Shown here: one piece after another, positions 8,750-19,557 of the stretch
Layout: every line of letters starts with the position of its first letter
Numbering within the stretch: the stretch's first letter is position 1
Origin: Candidatus Bathyarchaeota archaeon
Lineage (GTDB): Archaea; Thermoproteota; Bathyarchaeia; Bathyarchaeales; Bathycorpusculaceae
Assembly (NCBI GenBank): GCA_963815095.1
Contig: CAWFFH010000003.1
Coordinates: 576,001 to 640,000, forward strand
Direction of reading: 5' to 3'
DNA: 64,000 nucleotides
Program-made: the position numbers and the translations under genes
The notes under the pieces: generated by a model
The model's database searches: none
Told to the model about the DNA's origin: nothing
Seen by the model: the letters and a program-made list of their open reading frames with translations, nothing else

Positions 8750-11038
8750 ATGTTAAAGATTACAGAGTTACCTATTCCAGAATCCGTGAAGGAAGTATTG
8801 CTTGACTTGGGGATTGCAGAGTTGTTTCCACCTCAAGAAGATACCATACGGGCAGGAGTGCTAGAAGGCCAAAACATCGTTTTAGCCAGCCCAACGGCTT
8901 CGGGCAAAACGTTAATAGCAGAACTCTGCGGTCTCAAGCACGTGCTTGAGAGGGGCGGAAAAGTCATTTATCTTTCGCCGCTCCGCGCTCTGGCAAGCGA
9001 GAAATTTGAGGAATTCAAAAAGTACATATCCATCAAGAAGGTGGATGGTAGAAAAGTCTCCGTGGGTATCAGCACAGGGGATTTTGACAGCGCTGACAAT
9101 TGGCTTGAACGCTACGACGTAATCATTACTACCAACGAGAAAGCTGACTCACTTTTGCGTCACCGCGCCAAATGGATGGATAACATCTCGCTGGTGATTG
9201 CTGATGAAATCCATCTGTTAAACGATGCGGGACGTGGACCAACTTTAGAAATCGTGCTTGCAAGACTTTTGCAGGTTAACCCAAACATTCAAATTTTAGC
9301 GTTAAGCGCAACCATCAACAACGTGGACGAAATCGCAGGTTGGCTAAACGCCAAGTACATCGTTACGGAATGGCGCCCCATCAACCTCAAAGAAGGCATA
9401 ATGTTAAAAGATGAAATCCAATACAAAGATGGCGAATCAAGAAAAATTGAGCAAGAAACCCATTTTCCACACATAAACTTGGTTTTGAACACTCTTAGGA
9501 ATGGTGGGCAAGCGTTGATTTTTGCTTCCACAAGAAAGAATGCTGTTTCGGCTGCTAAGACCGTTGCCAGCCACATGGACAAAGTGCTTGTACCTAAAAG
9601 CGGTTCGAAACTGGTTAAGCGTTCCGTAGAGGAACAAACACGAGGGGTTCTTGATAAAGAGGCAAAGAAAATCTTGGATGCGGGCGAAAGAACTGGCCTC
9701 AGTGAGGAGCTTGCCGATTTGGTTCGCTGCGCTGTAGCCTATCACCATGCTGGACTATCGGGGGCTCACCGCAAAGTTATCGAGGACGCGTTTAAGGAAA
9801 GAAAAATTAAAGTCTTAACCGCCACTCCCACGTTAGCTTGGGGCGTTAATTTGCCCGCTCGAACAGTCATCATTCAAGATTACAGACGTTTTGAGGCTGG
9901 ACTTGGCAACTATCCCATAAGCGTGTTGGATTATAAGCAAATGGCAGGCAGAGCTGGAAGACCAAAATACGACAAGTTCGGTGAATCAGTCCTTATCGCC
10001 AAAACCGCTGACGAAGCCGACTATTTGATGGAAAGCTACGTTTTGGCTAAACCCGAACGCATCTGGTCACGGTTAGCAGTCGAGAAAATCATCCGGGGAC
10101 ATGTGTTGTCAACGATTGCCTCAGATTTTGCTCACACCGAAAATGGGATTTACGAGTTTTTCGGCAAAACCTTCTATGCCTATCAATATGACGTGAAAGC
10201 TATCAAAAGCGTCATAAACAAAATTCTCCGTTTTCTCCATGACGAGGAGATGATTGTAGTTGCAGGGGACAACATTTTAGCCACCAAATTCGGCAAACGC
10301 ATAAGCGAACTCTACATCGACCCCTTATCAGGTGTAATCATTAGGGATGCACTGCAAAGCAAACCCCCACTTTTAACCGAATTCAGTTTACTTCACTTAG
10401 TCTCCCACACGCCCGACATGGGTCCAATAATGAGACCCTACCAGAGGGAAATGGACCAATTAGCCGTTCAAACTGAAGACCACAAACAAGAATTATTCAT
10501 AGAGCCACCTGACCAATGGAGCGACCACATTGGATTCGCAGAATTTTTAGGCGAAGTCAAAACTGCAATGGTGATGAATAATTGGATAGAAGAGTTGCCG
10601 GAAGAAAAAATCATTGAACGCTTCAACGTCCAACCAGGAGACCTCTACAGAAGCATTGAAACTGCAAAGTGGCTTTTACACGCCACAGACGAGCTATCAC
10701 CCATAGTATCCAAAAACAAAGAAGTGTCAGCCCTAAGCCACGAGCTGGTTGAGCGGGTTTCTAAAGGCATAAAAAGAGAGCTTTTACCCATCGTCCAATT
10801 GGAAGGAGTTGGCAGAGTCCGCGGACGCATAATCTTTAATGCAGGCTACCAAACAATCCCCGACCTCAAACGTGCATCTATCGAAGAACTAACCAACTTG
10901 CCCTCAGTAGGACCAAGATTAGCTAAAAAAATCAAGGAACAAGTCGGCGGTTTTGTCAAGAAAGATGAGTGGGAAAACTTGGATAAAGCAGCAACGGCAT
11001 CAGATGAAGCAACCCAAAAAGGTTTGTTTGATTTCTAA
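8750..11038 (+). CDS. hel308: Ski2-like DNA helicase Hel308/Hjm
   Basis: PTASGKT, DEIH, LSAT, YHHAGL, QMAGRAGRP, C-terminal HhH. Confidence 0.93.
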   Translation: MLKITELPIPESVKEVLLDLGIAELFPPQEDTIRAGVLEGQNIVLASPTASGKTLIAELCGLKHVLERGGKVIYLSPLRALASEKFEEFKKYISIKKVDGRKVSVGISTGDFDSADNWLERYDVIITTNEKADSLLRHRAKWMDNISLVIADEIHLLNDAGRGPTLEIVLARLLQVNPNIQILALSATINNVDEIAGWLNAKYIVTEWRPINLKEGIMLKDEIQYKDGESRKIEQETHFPHINLVLNTLRNGGQALIFASTRKNAVSAAKTVASHMDKVLVPKSGSKLVKRSVEEQTRGVLDKEAKKILDAGERTGLSEELADLVRCAVAYHHAGLSGAHRKVIEDAFKERKIKVLTATPTLAWGVNLPARTVIIQDYRRFEAGLGNYPISVLDYKQMAGRAGRPKYDKFGESVLIAKTADEADYLMESYVLAKPERIWSRLAVEKIIRGHVLSTIASDFAHTENGIYEFFGKTFYAYQYDVKAIKSVINKILRFLHDEEMIVVAGDNILATKFGKRISELYIDPLSGVIIRDALQSKPPLLTEFSLLHLVSHTPDMGPIMRPYQREMDQLAVQTEDHKQELFIEPPDQWSDHIGFAEFLGEVKTAMVMNNWIEELPEEKIIERFNVQPGDLYRSIETAKWLLHATDELSPIVSKNKEVSALSHELVERVSKGIKRELLPIVQLEGVGRVRGRIIFNAGYQTIPDLKRASIEELTNLPSVGPRLAKKIKEQVGGFVKKDEWENLDKAATASDEATQKGLFDF

Positions 11039-12372
11039 GGGCTTTTAGCGAACCGCTCAGCCTGTTTAACGGCTGTACCCAAGTAGTTTTTTGGGTTAAG
11101 GGCTTGATCGATTTCTTTTTCGGTTAGTTTACTGCTTACAATTTTGTCCTCTTGGAGTATTTGTTTGAACGATTTCTTTTCAACGGCACTTTGGATAGTT
11201 AGTTGCCTTAGCATTTCGTGGGCTTCCTGCCTATTCACGCCCTTCTTTGCCAACGCCATCATAACTGATTCCGACATCGCACGCCCATGAGTCAACGATA
11301 AGTTCTGCAGCATCCGCTCACTGTCAACGCGTAAGTTCGCTACAATATTGCAGGTTAGGTTAAGGATGTAATCGAGCAGTATGTTTGATTCTGGGAGAAT
11401 AAACCGCTCAGCTGAAGACTGCGTTAAGTCTCGCTCGTGCCATGTGACCATGTCCTCTAACGTTGGTGTCGATAGGCTTCGAACAATTCGAGCCAAACCG
11501 CAAACGCGCTCGCATGTCTCGGGATTCTGTTTGTGAGGCATAGTAGAACTACCAACTTGTTTTTTAGCTTCAAACGACTCGAAAAGCTCACCAATTTCTG
11601 GTCGTTGAAGCTCGCGAATTTCGGTCGCAAAATTCTCAAGTGAAGAAGCCACTGACGCGTAAATACATATGAGTTCAGCGTAACGGTCTCTTTGCACTAT
11701 TTGTGTGGAAATCTCAGCAGCATGCAATCCAAGTCGTTTCATTACAAGTTCCTGAATCTGCTCAGCATGCTCGCCTAAACCCGCTTGCGTCCCAACGGCG
11801 CCGCTTACTTTTCCAACTAAAACGCGTTTCTTGCACTCATCTAACCGTTCAAGATGCCGATTTATTTCGTATCCCCAAACGGCAAACTTGAAACCCAAAG
11901 TTATAGGCAATGCGTGTTGACCGTGAGTTCTGCCAATCATGACTGTATCTTTATGCAGAAGCGCTTGTTTTTGCAGGATAACTTTGAAGTCGACTATCCT
12001 TTTCTCAATTACACCTAAAGCATCCTTCAGCTGTAATGCATTGGCAGTGTCTACGATGTCGTAGCTTGTTGCCCCTAAATGTACATAAGCGCCACTTGGA
12101 CCACAAACTTCCGAGAGTGCACGTACCAGGGAGGCAATGTCATGCTTAATCTCCTTCTCGATAGCTTTGACTCGCTCAACCTTAACGTATTTTGTGGATG
12201 CCATAGCATCGATTTTTTCCGCATCCTTCTTTTGGATATTGCCTACTTCGGCATGAGCCCAAGCTAAAGCTGCCTCAACATCAAGTAACTTCTGAACCCT
12301 GGTTTCTTCTTCGAAGATTTTGAGCATTTCTGGTGTCCCATAACGACCAGTTTCGATTGGCAAGATTGGCAA
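11035..12372 (-). CDS. purB: Adenylosuccinate lyase
   Basis: HLGATSYD, GRTHGQHA, GSSTMPHKQNP. Confidence 0.95.
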   Translation of the reverse strand: MPILPIETGRYGTPEMLKIFEEETRVQKLLDVEAALAWAHAEVGNIQKKDAEKIDAMASTKYVKVERVKAIEKEIKHDIASLVRALSEVCGPSGAYVHLGATSYDIVDTANALQLKDALGVIEKRIVDFKVILQKQALLHKDTVMIGRTHGQHALPITLGFKFAVWGYEINRHLERLDECKKRVLVGKVSGAVGTQAGLGEHAEQIQELVMKRLGLHAAEISTQIVQRDRYAELICIYASVASSLENFATEIRELQRPEIGELFESFEAKKQVGSSTMPHKQNPETCERVCGLARIVRSLSTPTLEDMVTWHERDLTQSSAERFILPESNILLDYILNLTCNIVANLRVDSERMLQNLSLTHGRAMSESVMMALAKKGVNRQEAHEMLRQLTIQSAVEKKSFKQILQEDKIVSSKLTEKEIDQALNPKNYLGTAVKQAERFAKSP

Positions 12373-12466
12373 GTTAGTGTTACCTCAAAGCTATGAATAT
12401 GCAGATTAAAGATTAATGTTTTACCAATGCACTAACACAATACAAGTAGATTGGGTGCATGAGGAC

Positions 12467-13918
12467 ATGAAAGTAACGATTGCAGTTTTAGATAAAAACG
12501 GCGATAATGCTGTTACGAGGGTTCTTGACGTTTTGAATTCGTTTGATTCTGGTAAACCTTCGCGTTTTGGTTTTATCTCTTCACAGAAAAGCCTTTTTGA
12601 AAAAAATGTTGAAATAATAAAAAAACAGGGCTTAAAATCATCAACGGTAGCAGGCTTTGTTACCTCAAAACCCAAGTCAAACAATGATTATGAGCATTTA
12701 CAATTGGATGATTCCGTGTTGTTCTTTGAAGGCAGAGTATATTCAACTATACCGAAAACCGCTGTTGCTGAACAGGTGGCAAAAGATCCGCTACACTGTG
12801 AAGCCACTTTGCAAACGTTAATGGAGCAAGCAGATGGAGACTACTTGTTCCTTATGCTTAAGGAAGGCTGGATAGCAGCTGGAAGAGACCCGATAGGTGT
12901 TCAACCACTCTATTTTGGCGAAAACAAAAACATCGCTGCTTTCGCCACAAACCGAACAGCTCTCTGGAAACTCGGAGTAGAAAACCCTGTGTCTTTTCCG
13001 CCTGGAAACTTAGTCTTTGTCAATAAGGAAGGCTTCAAATTCAAACCCGTCAAAACTCTAACTTGTACAGAACCCAAGCCCATAACAATGGATGATGCAA
13101 CCAAAACCGTTCAGGTTCTTCTTGAACAATCCATTCAGAGACGAGTGCATGGATTAAAGGAAGTTGCTGTTGCGTTTTCTGGAGGTTTAGACAGTAGTTT
13201 GGTGGCTTTTTTGGCAAGTAAAAGTGGTGTAAAAGTTAACCTGTTTCATGTAAGCTTGGAGAATCAACCGGAAACGGAAGAAGCCATGAAAGCTGCTGAC
13301 GAGTTGAATTTACCCTTGCAGGTGGATTTGTTTAAGGATTCTGATGTGGAAACGATTTTGCCAAAAGTGGTTGAGCTAATTGAGGAGCCTGACCCAATTA
13401 AGGCCAGTATTGGCGTGCCGTTTTATTGGACTGCGGAGAAGGCGGCTGAGGCAGGTTTTAAGGTGATGTTGGCTGGGCAAGGCGCGGATGAGTTATTCGG
13501 CGGCTATCAACGCTATGTAACTGAGTGCTGTAATGAAGGAAACGAAAAAGTAAGGAAAACTATGTTTAACGATGTGACCAGAATTCACGAAAGCAACCTT
13601 GAGCGAGACCTGAAAATCACCAGTTTTCATGATGTGGAGTTACGTGTGCCTTTCGGTTCATTTGACTTGGTAGAGTTTGCCCTTGGTTTACCCGTTGAAT
13701 TAAAAATTGAGAATAAACCAGAAACTCAACGAAAGCTTGTCCTTAGAAAAATGGCTTTGAATGTTGGTCTGCCAAGCTTGATGACAGAGAAACCAAAGAA
13801 AGCCGTTCAGTACTCCACAGGAATAAATGACGCTGTGAAAAGAATAGCGAAAACCCACGAGAAAACCGTCAATGAATACATTAATGAACTTTTCTTGCAA
13901 TCCAAAAACAATATCTAA
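12467..13918 (+). CDS. Asparagine synthase-family protein lacking the N-terminal Cys
   Basis: RDPIGVQPLY, FSGGLDSS, GQGADELFGGY; likely start MKVTIAV after GAGG. Confidence 0.8.
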   Translation: MKVTIAVLDKNGDNAVTRVLDVLNSFDSGKPSRFGFISSQKSLFEKNVEIIKKQGLKSSTVAGFVTSKPKSNNDYEHLQLDDSVLFFEGRVYSTIPKTAVAEQVAKDPLHCEATLQTLMEQADGDYLFLMLKEGWIAAGRDPIGVQPLYFGENKNIAAFATNRTALWKLGVENPVSFPPGNLVFVNKEGFKFKPVKTLTCTEPKPITMDDATKTVQVLLEQSIQRRVHGLKEVAVAFSGGLDSSLVAFLASKSGVKVNLFHVSLENQPETEEAMKAADELNLPLQVDLFKDSDVETILPKVVELIEEPDPIKASIGVPFYWTAEKAAEAGFKVMLAGQGADELFGGYQRYVTECCNEGNEKVRKTMFNDVTRIHESNLERDLKITSFHDVELRVPFGSFDLVEFALGLPVELKIENKPETQRKLVLRKMALNVGLPSLMTEKPKKAVQYSTGINDAVKRIAKTHEKTVNEYINELFLQSKNNI

Positions 13919-14053
13919 AAATCAAACTTTTTTTTATACTAAACATATCTTTTTTCAAAAACCCCGCCAACTGTTTATTGGAAGAATTACAACCTCACAA
14001 ACGTTTTATACACCCTGCATACAAACAATGATTAAATTTACGGGAGAAAAAAA

Positions 14054-14560
14054 ATGTATCCAAATCAAGTTCAAAATCAACCAACAGCAGCATACTGGCT
14101 ATCAATAATTGGCGGAATACTGGGGCTACTCGGCGGCTTACTACTGATTGTTGCCGGGTCAGTTGTCGGAGCAGTCACTTTCGGTTTCGGTTTTGCAGTC
14201 ATTGGCGGTCTTGGAATATGGATTACCCTATGCTCTGCAATTGTCATTTATGCAGCTTCAAAACTAAAGTCAGAACCACTGGAACATTCCAAATGGGGTG
14301 CAATTATTCTGGTGCTCTCACTTATTGGCAGTTGGTCAATTCTGAATTTCATCGGTGGCATACTGGCTTTAGTCTACAAACCCATCCTTGTGGGCGCACA
14401 ACCACAGTACGGCGCACCTCAACAACAATATGGACCACCACCACAAGCAGCATACACACAGCCTCCACCACAACAAATGACACGAGTCTGCCCACAATGT
14501 GGACGAATAGTGCCAAACAACGTGAGTTTCTGCCCCAACTGCGGCAAACAACTAAACTAA
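14054..14560 (+). CDS. Membrane protein with Q/P-rich linker and C-terminal zinc ribbon
   Basis: About 3 hydrophobic segments; CPQCG...FCPNCG. Confidence 0.8.
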   Translation: MYPNQVQNQPTAAYWLSIIGGILGLLGGLLLIVAGSVVGAVTFGFGFAVIGGLGIWITLCSAIVIYAASKLKSEPLEHSKWGAIILVLSLIGSWSILNFIGGILALVYKPILVGAQPQYGAPQQQYGPPPQAAYTQPPPQQMTRVCPQCGRIVPNNVSFCPNCGKQLN

Positions 14561-14754
14561 ACAAAATAGGATAAACCAAGAAGTATCAAAGACTTTTTGG
14601 CAACTCAATTTTTTCTTTTTGTAAAAAAAAATTATGCTTATAATGGTATCTTAGTTGAGAGAGGAGAGTTTCTGAGAGCAGATTTAATTCATAAGACTAA
14701 AAAAACAAGAAAAAAACCTATAATCCACTTCCAATGAAAAACAAAAGAAAGAAA

Positions 14755-15996
14755 TTAGATTTTTTTTGTTTGAACCGCATTCTCCAGCGCTACAACGCCC
14801 GGCAGTTTTTTGCCCATCAAAAATTCGATGAGTGCTCCACCTGCCGTGCTTATGTACCCAATTTTTTTGCTCAAACCATACTCGTTGATGGCTGCGATAG
14901 TGTTTCCGCCGCCTGCGAGACTGAATGCTTTGCTGTTAGCGATGGCTTCGAAGACTTTTTTGGTGCCATAGTTGAATTCTTTGTTTTCGTAGACACCCAT
15001 GGGACCACTAACTACGATGGATTTGGCGTTCACGATGATTTTTGAGTACGCTTCAACTGTTTTTGCGCCGATGTCCATTACTGAATTTTCGGTTGGAAGT
15101 TTGCTGACTAGAATTTCTTTGCGTTTCCCACTTACATCCAATGCGACATCGACTGGAACCATCACTTTATCGCCAAACTGCTCTTCCAACGCTTTAATGC
15201 CCGGAATCAAACCCGTCAATTCCTTCTTTGCCAGATATCCCATGTTTCCCTTACCTAAATCAACCCCTTTCGCCGCCAAGAACAATTGCCCAGTTACGCC
15301 GCCCGTGAGTACATAGTCTGCTATGCCTTTGCCTAAAACGTACTTGCTGATTTCAAGGCTGTCGTCGGCTTTTGCCCCACCCATAACATAGACGGATGGT
15401 TTCTCAGGTTTCTCCAAAGCTTTGCTGAGGGATTTGAGTTCCCGTTCCATTATGCGTCCAGCTGCAGATGGCAACACAGCTGTGAAGCCAACCATGGATA
15501 CGTGTCCGCGGTGTGCTGCGGCAAAAGCGTCGTTAACGAAGAGGTCTGCGAGGGGTGCAAGGTTCTGTACAAGCTCGGTTTTGCTAGCGTCTTCAGGTGT
15601 GGTGCTCTTGGTTTCTTTATCCCAACTGCGCACGTTCTCCAAAACCAGAATTTCTCCGCCTTTGAGATTTTTGATCGCGGTTTTGGCTTTGTCGCCAAAG
15701 AGGTCGTCAACGTATTTTACTGGGCATTTGAGGATTTTTCCTAGGATTTCAGCGTGTTCTTTTAGAGATGCGTAGTCTGGGTCTCCTTTTCTGCCCTGAT
15801 GCGCAAGAACAACAGTTTTAGCGCCTTTCTCTGCGAGTTCTTTGAGGGTCGATTCAGCATGGGCTCGAATTCGCACATCGCTTGTAACTTTCTTGGTGGC
15901 TGGGTCGATTTCTGAGTTAAAGTCAACTCTGACAAGGACAACTTTATTTTTTACTTGAAAATCGTCTAATGTTTTGTATTTTGCCATGTTGTTCAC
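14755..15996 (-). CDS. pgk: Phosphoglycerate kinase
   Basis: RVDFNS, LAHQGR, LENVR, DAFAAAHR, STAGGA. Confidence 0.96.
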   Translation of the reverse strand: MNNMAKYKTLDDFQVKNKVVLVRVDFNSEIDPATKKVTSDVRIRAHAESTLKELAEKGAKTVVLAHQGRKGDPDYASLKEHAEILGKILKCPVKYVDDLFGDKAKTAIKNLKGGEILVLENVRSWDKETKSTTPEDASKTELVQNLAPLADLFVNDAFAAAHRGHVSMVGFTAVLPSAAGRIMERELKSLSKALEKPEKPSVYVMGGAKADDSLEISKYVLGKGIADYVLTGGVTGQLFLAAKGVDLGKGNMGYLAKKELTGLIPGIKALEEQFGDKVMVPVDVALDVSGKRKEILVSKLPTENSVMDIGAKTVEAYSKIIVNAKSIVVSGPMGVYENKEFNYGTKKVFEAIANSKAFSLAGGGNTIAAINEYGLSKKIGYISTAGGALIEFLMGKKLPGVVALENAVQTKKI

Positions 15997-16049
15997 TTCT
16001 TATAGTTTTAAAAAGGAAAAGAAGGAGGGATTTGGGTTTGTGTGTTATT

Positions 16050-17072
16050 TTAGAGCTTTGCGTTTTTGCCGACCATTTCGATAAAGTCAACCATGCGGTT
16101 GCTAAAGCCCCATTCGTTGTCGTACCATCCAAAAACTTTAACAAAGTTGCTCTTCTCACCCATAACCATGGTTAAGTCCGCATCAAAGACGCTGCTGTAT
16201 GCGCTGTGAAGTACGTCAGTACTAACTATTGGGTCTTCAGTGTACTGTAAGATTCCTTTGAGTTCGCCTTCAGCGGCTTTCTTCATTGCTGCATTAATTT
16301 CTTGCTTTGTTACTTCTTTGCCCAATATCGCAACTAAGTCAACTATGGACACATCTGGAGTTGGTACTCGCAACGAATAGCCGTTCATTTTCCCTGCACA
16401 ACTTGGCAAGACTAAACCGATTGCTTTTGCAGCGCCTGTGCTCGTTGGGATAATGTTGATTGCTGCTGCGCGGGCGCGTCTTGGGTCTTTGTGGACTATG
16501 TCTTGGATTTTCTGATCGTTCGTGTAGCTGTGGCAGGTTGTCATGAAGGCTTTTTCTAATCCAAAGTTTTCTGCTAAGACCTTGCTTATTGGTGCAAGAC
16601 AGTTAGTGGTACATGAAGCGTTACTGAGTATATTGTGGTTTACTGGGTCATAGGCTTTGTCGTTAACGCCTAAAACGAAGGTTGCATCTGGATTTTCTGC
16701 TGGTGCCGAAATGAGAACTTTTTTGGCTCCTGCAGTGAGGTGTTTGGTTGCGCCTTCACGGTTTGTGAATAAGCCTGTGGATTCAACTGCTAGGTAAACT
16801 CCCAGGTCTTTCCATGGGAGTTGCAAAGGGTCCCTTATGCTCAGGCATTTGAGGTCTTTTCCGTTAACAACCAAGTCGCTGCCTTTCACTTCAACGGTGC
16901 CGGGGAAGTGTCCGTGAACGGAGTCGTACTTGAGCAAATGAGCGTTAGTTTTTGCGTCTGCCAAGTCGTTTATGGCTACAAAATCAATATTTGCATTCTT
17001 TTCGATTGCTGCTCTATAGAGAAGTCTTCCGATTCTTCCAAAACCATTGATTCCAACTTTAATGTTCGCCAT
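16050..17072 (-). CDS. gap: Glyceraldehyde-3-phosphate dehydrogenase, class I (bacterial type)
   Basis: [29 protein letters not shown]. Confidence 0.96.
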   Translation of the reverse strand: MANIKVGINGFGRIGRLLYRAAIEKNANIDFVAINDLADAKTNAHLLKYDSVHGHFPGTVEVKGSDLVVNGKDLKCLSIRDPLQLPWKDLGVYLAVESTGLFTNREGATKHLTAGAKKVLISAPAENPDATFVLGVNDKAYDPVNHNILSNASCTTNCLAPISKVLAENFGLEKAFMTTCHSYTNDQKIQDIVHKDPRRARAAAINIIPTSTGAAKAIGLVLPSCAGKMNGYSLRVPTPDVSIVDLVAILGKEVTKQEINAAMKKAAEGELKGILQYTEDPIVSTDVLHSAYSSVFDADLTMVMGEKSNFVKVFGWYDNEWGFSNRMVDFIEMVGKNAKL

Positions 17073-17371
17073 AACAATTCACCTATACATGTAAAACTGT
17101 AACAAGCGACTCTAACTTTATTAATTTTCCGACCAAAAAACTAGACCTTAACAAGCGCAAACTTAACTGCTAACAAAGCCATTGCTTCGCCACTCGCGCC
17201 TCCCTTAACTAAAACACTATTGTTGACATGCTAATAGCAGCTGAAAACTCCACGAACGACTCACTAACTTGAGGTTTCTACATCGAAATCTATTAGAACC
17301 AAGATAGGTACAGAGTCATTAAGATGACATATAGTTCAAATGAACAGAAAATAAAGAAAGGAATGGGCGGT

Positions 17372-18502
17372 TTAGTCTTCTCGCCACTTGAACAGTTTCA
17401 CAGCCAAACCAAATATTACTATTGTTAGGACTAATACCACTGCTATGTCTATTATTGCACCTGTGACGTTTCCGTAGACCATTGCATTGTTTAAGCCTTC
17501 AATTATATAGAATAGTGGCAGGACATGTGCGACGTTTTGCAGGTATTGTGGCATGCTACTTATTGGGAAGAAGGTACCAGAGAGGAACATCATTGGGAAC
17601 GTAACGATGTTTCCTATAACGCCTGCAGTTTCAACACTCTTTGTGACTGTGCCAACCAGCATACCAAGCGCTGCAAAAAGCATTGGCCCCAAAATGATGA
17701 AAGGAATTAACCAAGGCGATAACGCGACGTGCGCTCCGAAAGCGAAAATTCCCACTCCAACCATCAATAAAAATCCAGCGATTGTCAAGACAACGTACCA
17801 TATCATTTTAGATGTTAGCCACTCCATCTTTGTAAGCGGAGTAAGAGAGAGCTGCTTAAACAACTTTGATTTCTTATATTCTGCGGAAATGTTGACTAGA
17901 GAGAACATTGGACTGGTAAGTATTGAGAACCCAATTAGACCTGGAATCAAAAAGTCGATGTATTTTGTTTGTTGAGTATTCACGGTTGCAGATGTTATGC
18001 CTATAATTGCTGGTGTAGTGTCATTGTATTTTGTTTGGAAGTAGTTGAGATTAAAATAGTTAGCATAACCGTTAATTGTTCCGCTCACAATGCCACTTGT
18101 GCTTGATGTTGGATTACCATAGACTGTCAAGTTTAATTGATGACCAGTAATGTAGTTGATAGTGAAATTTTCTGGAATTATTATTCCATCTGATACTGAA
18201 TGGTCCGCGAGGTACTTGGAAAAGTTCTCTGAAGGATCTACCGTTCTTACTGTGATTGTGCTGGATTTGTTTAGTGCTTCAAGGAAGTTTGTTCCGAGGT
18301 TTTGTCCTGTAGGGAACGGACCGGTATCTTGGTTCTGGGCGTAAACAGTAACTGTTCCAGAGCCTCCTCCCGAAAATATTGCTCCGAAAATCAAAATCAA
18401 GATAACAGGAAAGATTAAGCCGAAGAATAACCCGAATTTGTTTCTAAGGTACCCTCTGCTAAAGACTTTGAAGTCGGAATAGATACGTTTTCCACTGACC
18501 AT
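17372..18502 (-). CDS. ABC-2 type permease
   Basis: N-terminal TM, extracellular loop, C-terminal TMs, FLSGTFFP. Confidence 0.9.
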   Translation of the reverse strand: MVSGKRIYSDFKVFSRGYLRNKFGLFFGLIFPVILILIFGAIFSGGGSGTVTVYAQNQDTGPFPTGQNLGTNFLEALNKSSTITVRTVDPSENFSKYLADHSVSDGIIIPENFTINYITGHQLNLTVYGNPTSSTSGIVSGTINGYANYFNLNYFQTKYNDTTPAIIGITSATVNTQQTKYIDFLIPGLIGFSILTSPMFSLVNISAEYKKSKLFKQLSLTPLTKMEWLTSKMIWYVVLTIAGFLLMVGVGIFAFGAHVALSPWLIPFIILGPMLFAALGMLVGTVTKSVETAGVIGNIVTFPMMFLSGTFFPISSMPQYLQNVAHVLPLFYIIEGLNNAMVYGNVTGAIIDIAVVLVLTIVIFGLAVKLFKWRED

Positions 18503-18504
18503 GT

Positions 18505-19464
18505 TTAGCGCCTCCGCTTTTTGCTGGTTTTTGTTTCCGATGATGCTTCTCCTTGTTCACCGATAGGTTCGTTGACCAGCTTAACAAAAACGTCATCTAA
18601 GCTGTCTTGGCGTGTCTGAATATCGCCCCAATCCATTCCTGACTGCTCCGCAGCCGCGAGTGCTGCGAGGGCATCGATTTTCTTTTGAAGAGGTATTGTG
18701 ATTTCTTTTTTGGCTTTGTCGTAGTCAACTTGCAATTCAGTGTTAGCTTTAATATATTCAGCAAGTTTTTCTTCGCCATGAATTTCCAGCCGCTCACCTG
18801 AACCATGCTGCTGAATGATTTCTTCGGTGGTTCCCATTGCTACTATGTGTCCATGGTCCATAATTGCTACTTTGTCTGAGAGGTGCTGTGCTTCATCGAG
18901 GTAATGGGTAGTCAAGATTATTGTTTTGCCTTTGGCTTTTAAGTTACGTATAACTTCCCAAATGGCTCTCCTGGCGTTAGGGTCCAACCCTGTGGTTGGT
19001 TCGTCAAGGAAAAGAAGTTCAGGTGAATTAACAAGTGAAAGAGCCAGACCTGTCTTCTGTTTTTGTCCGCCTGAAAGACTGTCAAAATTGACTTTAGCAG
19101 ATTCACTCAGCAGAACTTCTTCAAGAATCTCATCTGGATTAACTTTTACGTTGAAAAGGTCAGCGTAATATATAATGGCTTCTCGGGGAGTGGTTTTTTC
19201 AAAAAACGTAAATTCCTGTGGGATAACTCCGATTTTCTTGTGAAGTTCATAACCGTTTTTCCATGGGTCAAAACCGAGAACTTTAACGTCTCCACCGTCT
19301 CGCTCGCGCAGACCCTCCATGATTTCGATGGTGGTGGTCTTACCTGCACCGTTTGGACCCAAAAGGCCGAAAACTTCGCCTTGGTTAACAGTGAAGGAGA
19401 TGCCATCCACTGCTTTTAGATTGCCATAATGTTTTTTTAGGGATGAAACTTCGATCGGTAACAT
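18505..19464 (-). CDS. ABC transporter ATP-binding protein
   Basis: GPNGAGKT, LSGGQ, FLDEPTTGLD. Confidence 0.94.
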   Translation of the reverse strand: MLPIEVSSLKKHYGNLKAVDGISFTVNQGEVFGLLGPNGAGKTTTIEIMEGLRERDGGDVKVLGFDPWKNGYELHKKIGVIPQEFTFFEKTTPREAIIYYADLFNVKVNPDEILEEVLLSESAKVNFDSLSGGQKQKTGLALSLVNSPELLFLDEPTTGLDPNARRAIWEVIRNLKAKGKTIILTTHYLDEAQHLSDKVAIMDHGHIVAMGTTEEIIQQHGSGERLEIHGEEKLAEYIKANTELQVDYDKAKKEITIPLQKKIDALAALAAAEQSGMDWGDIQTRQDSLDDVFVKLVNEPIGEQGEASSETKTSKKRRR

Positions 19465-19557
19465 GCTTTGTTGATTCCTTTAAGGGTGTAAATTGCTGTC
19501 TTTTGTTAGGTATATTTTGGTAAATATAATTTTCGGAGTCTTTGAGCAAATTTTTTC

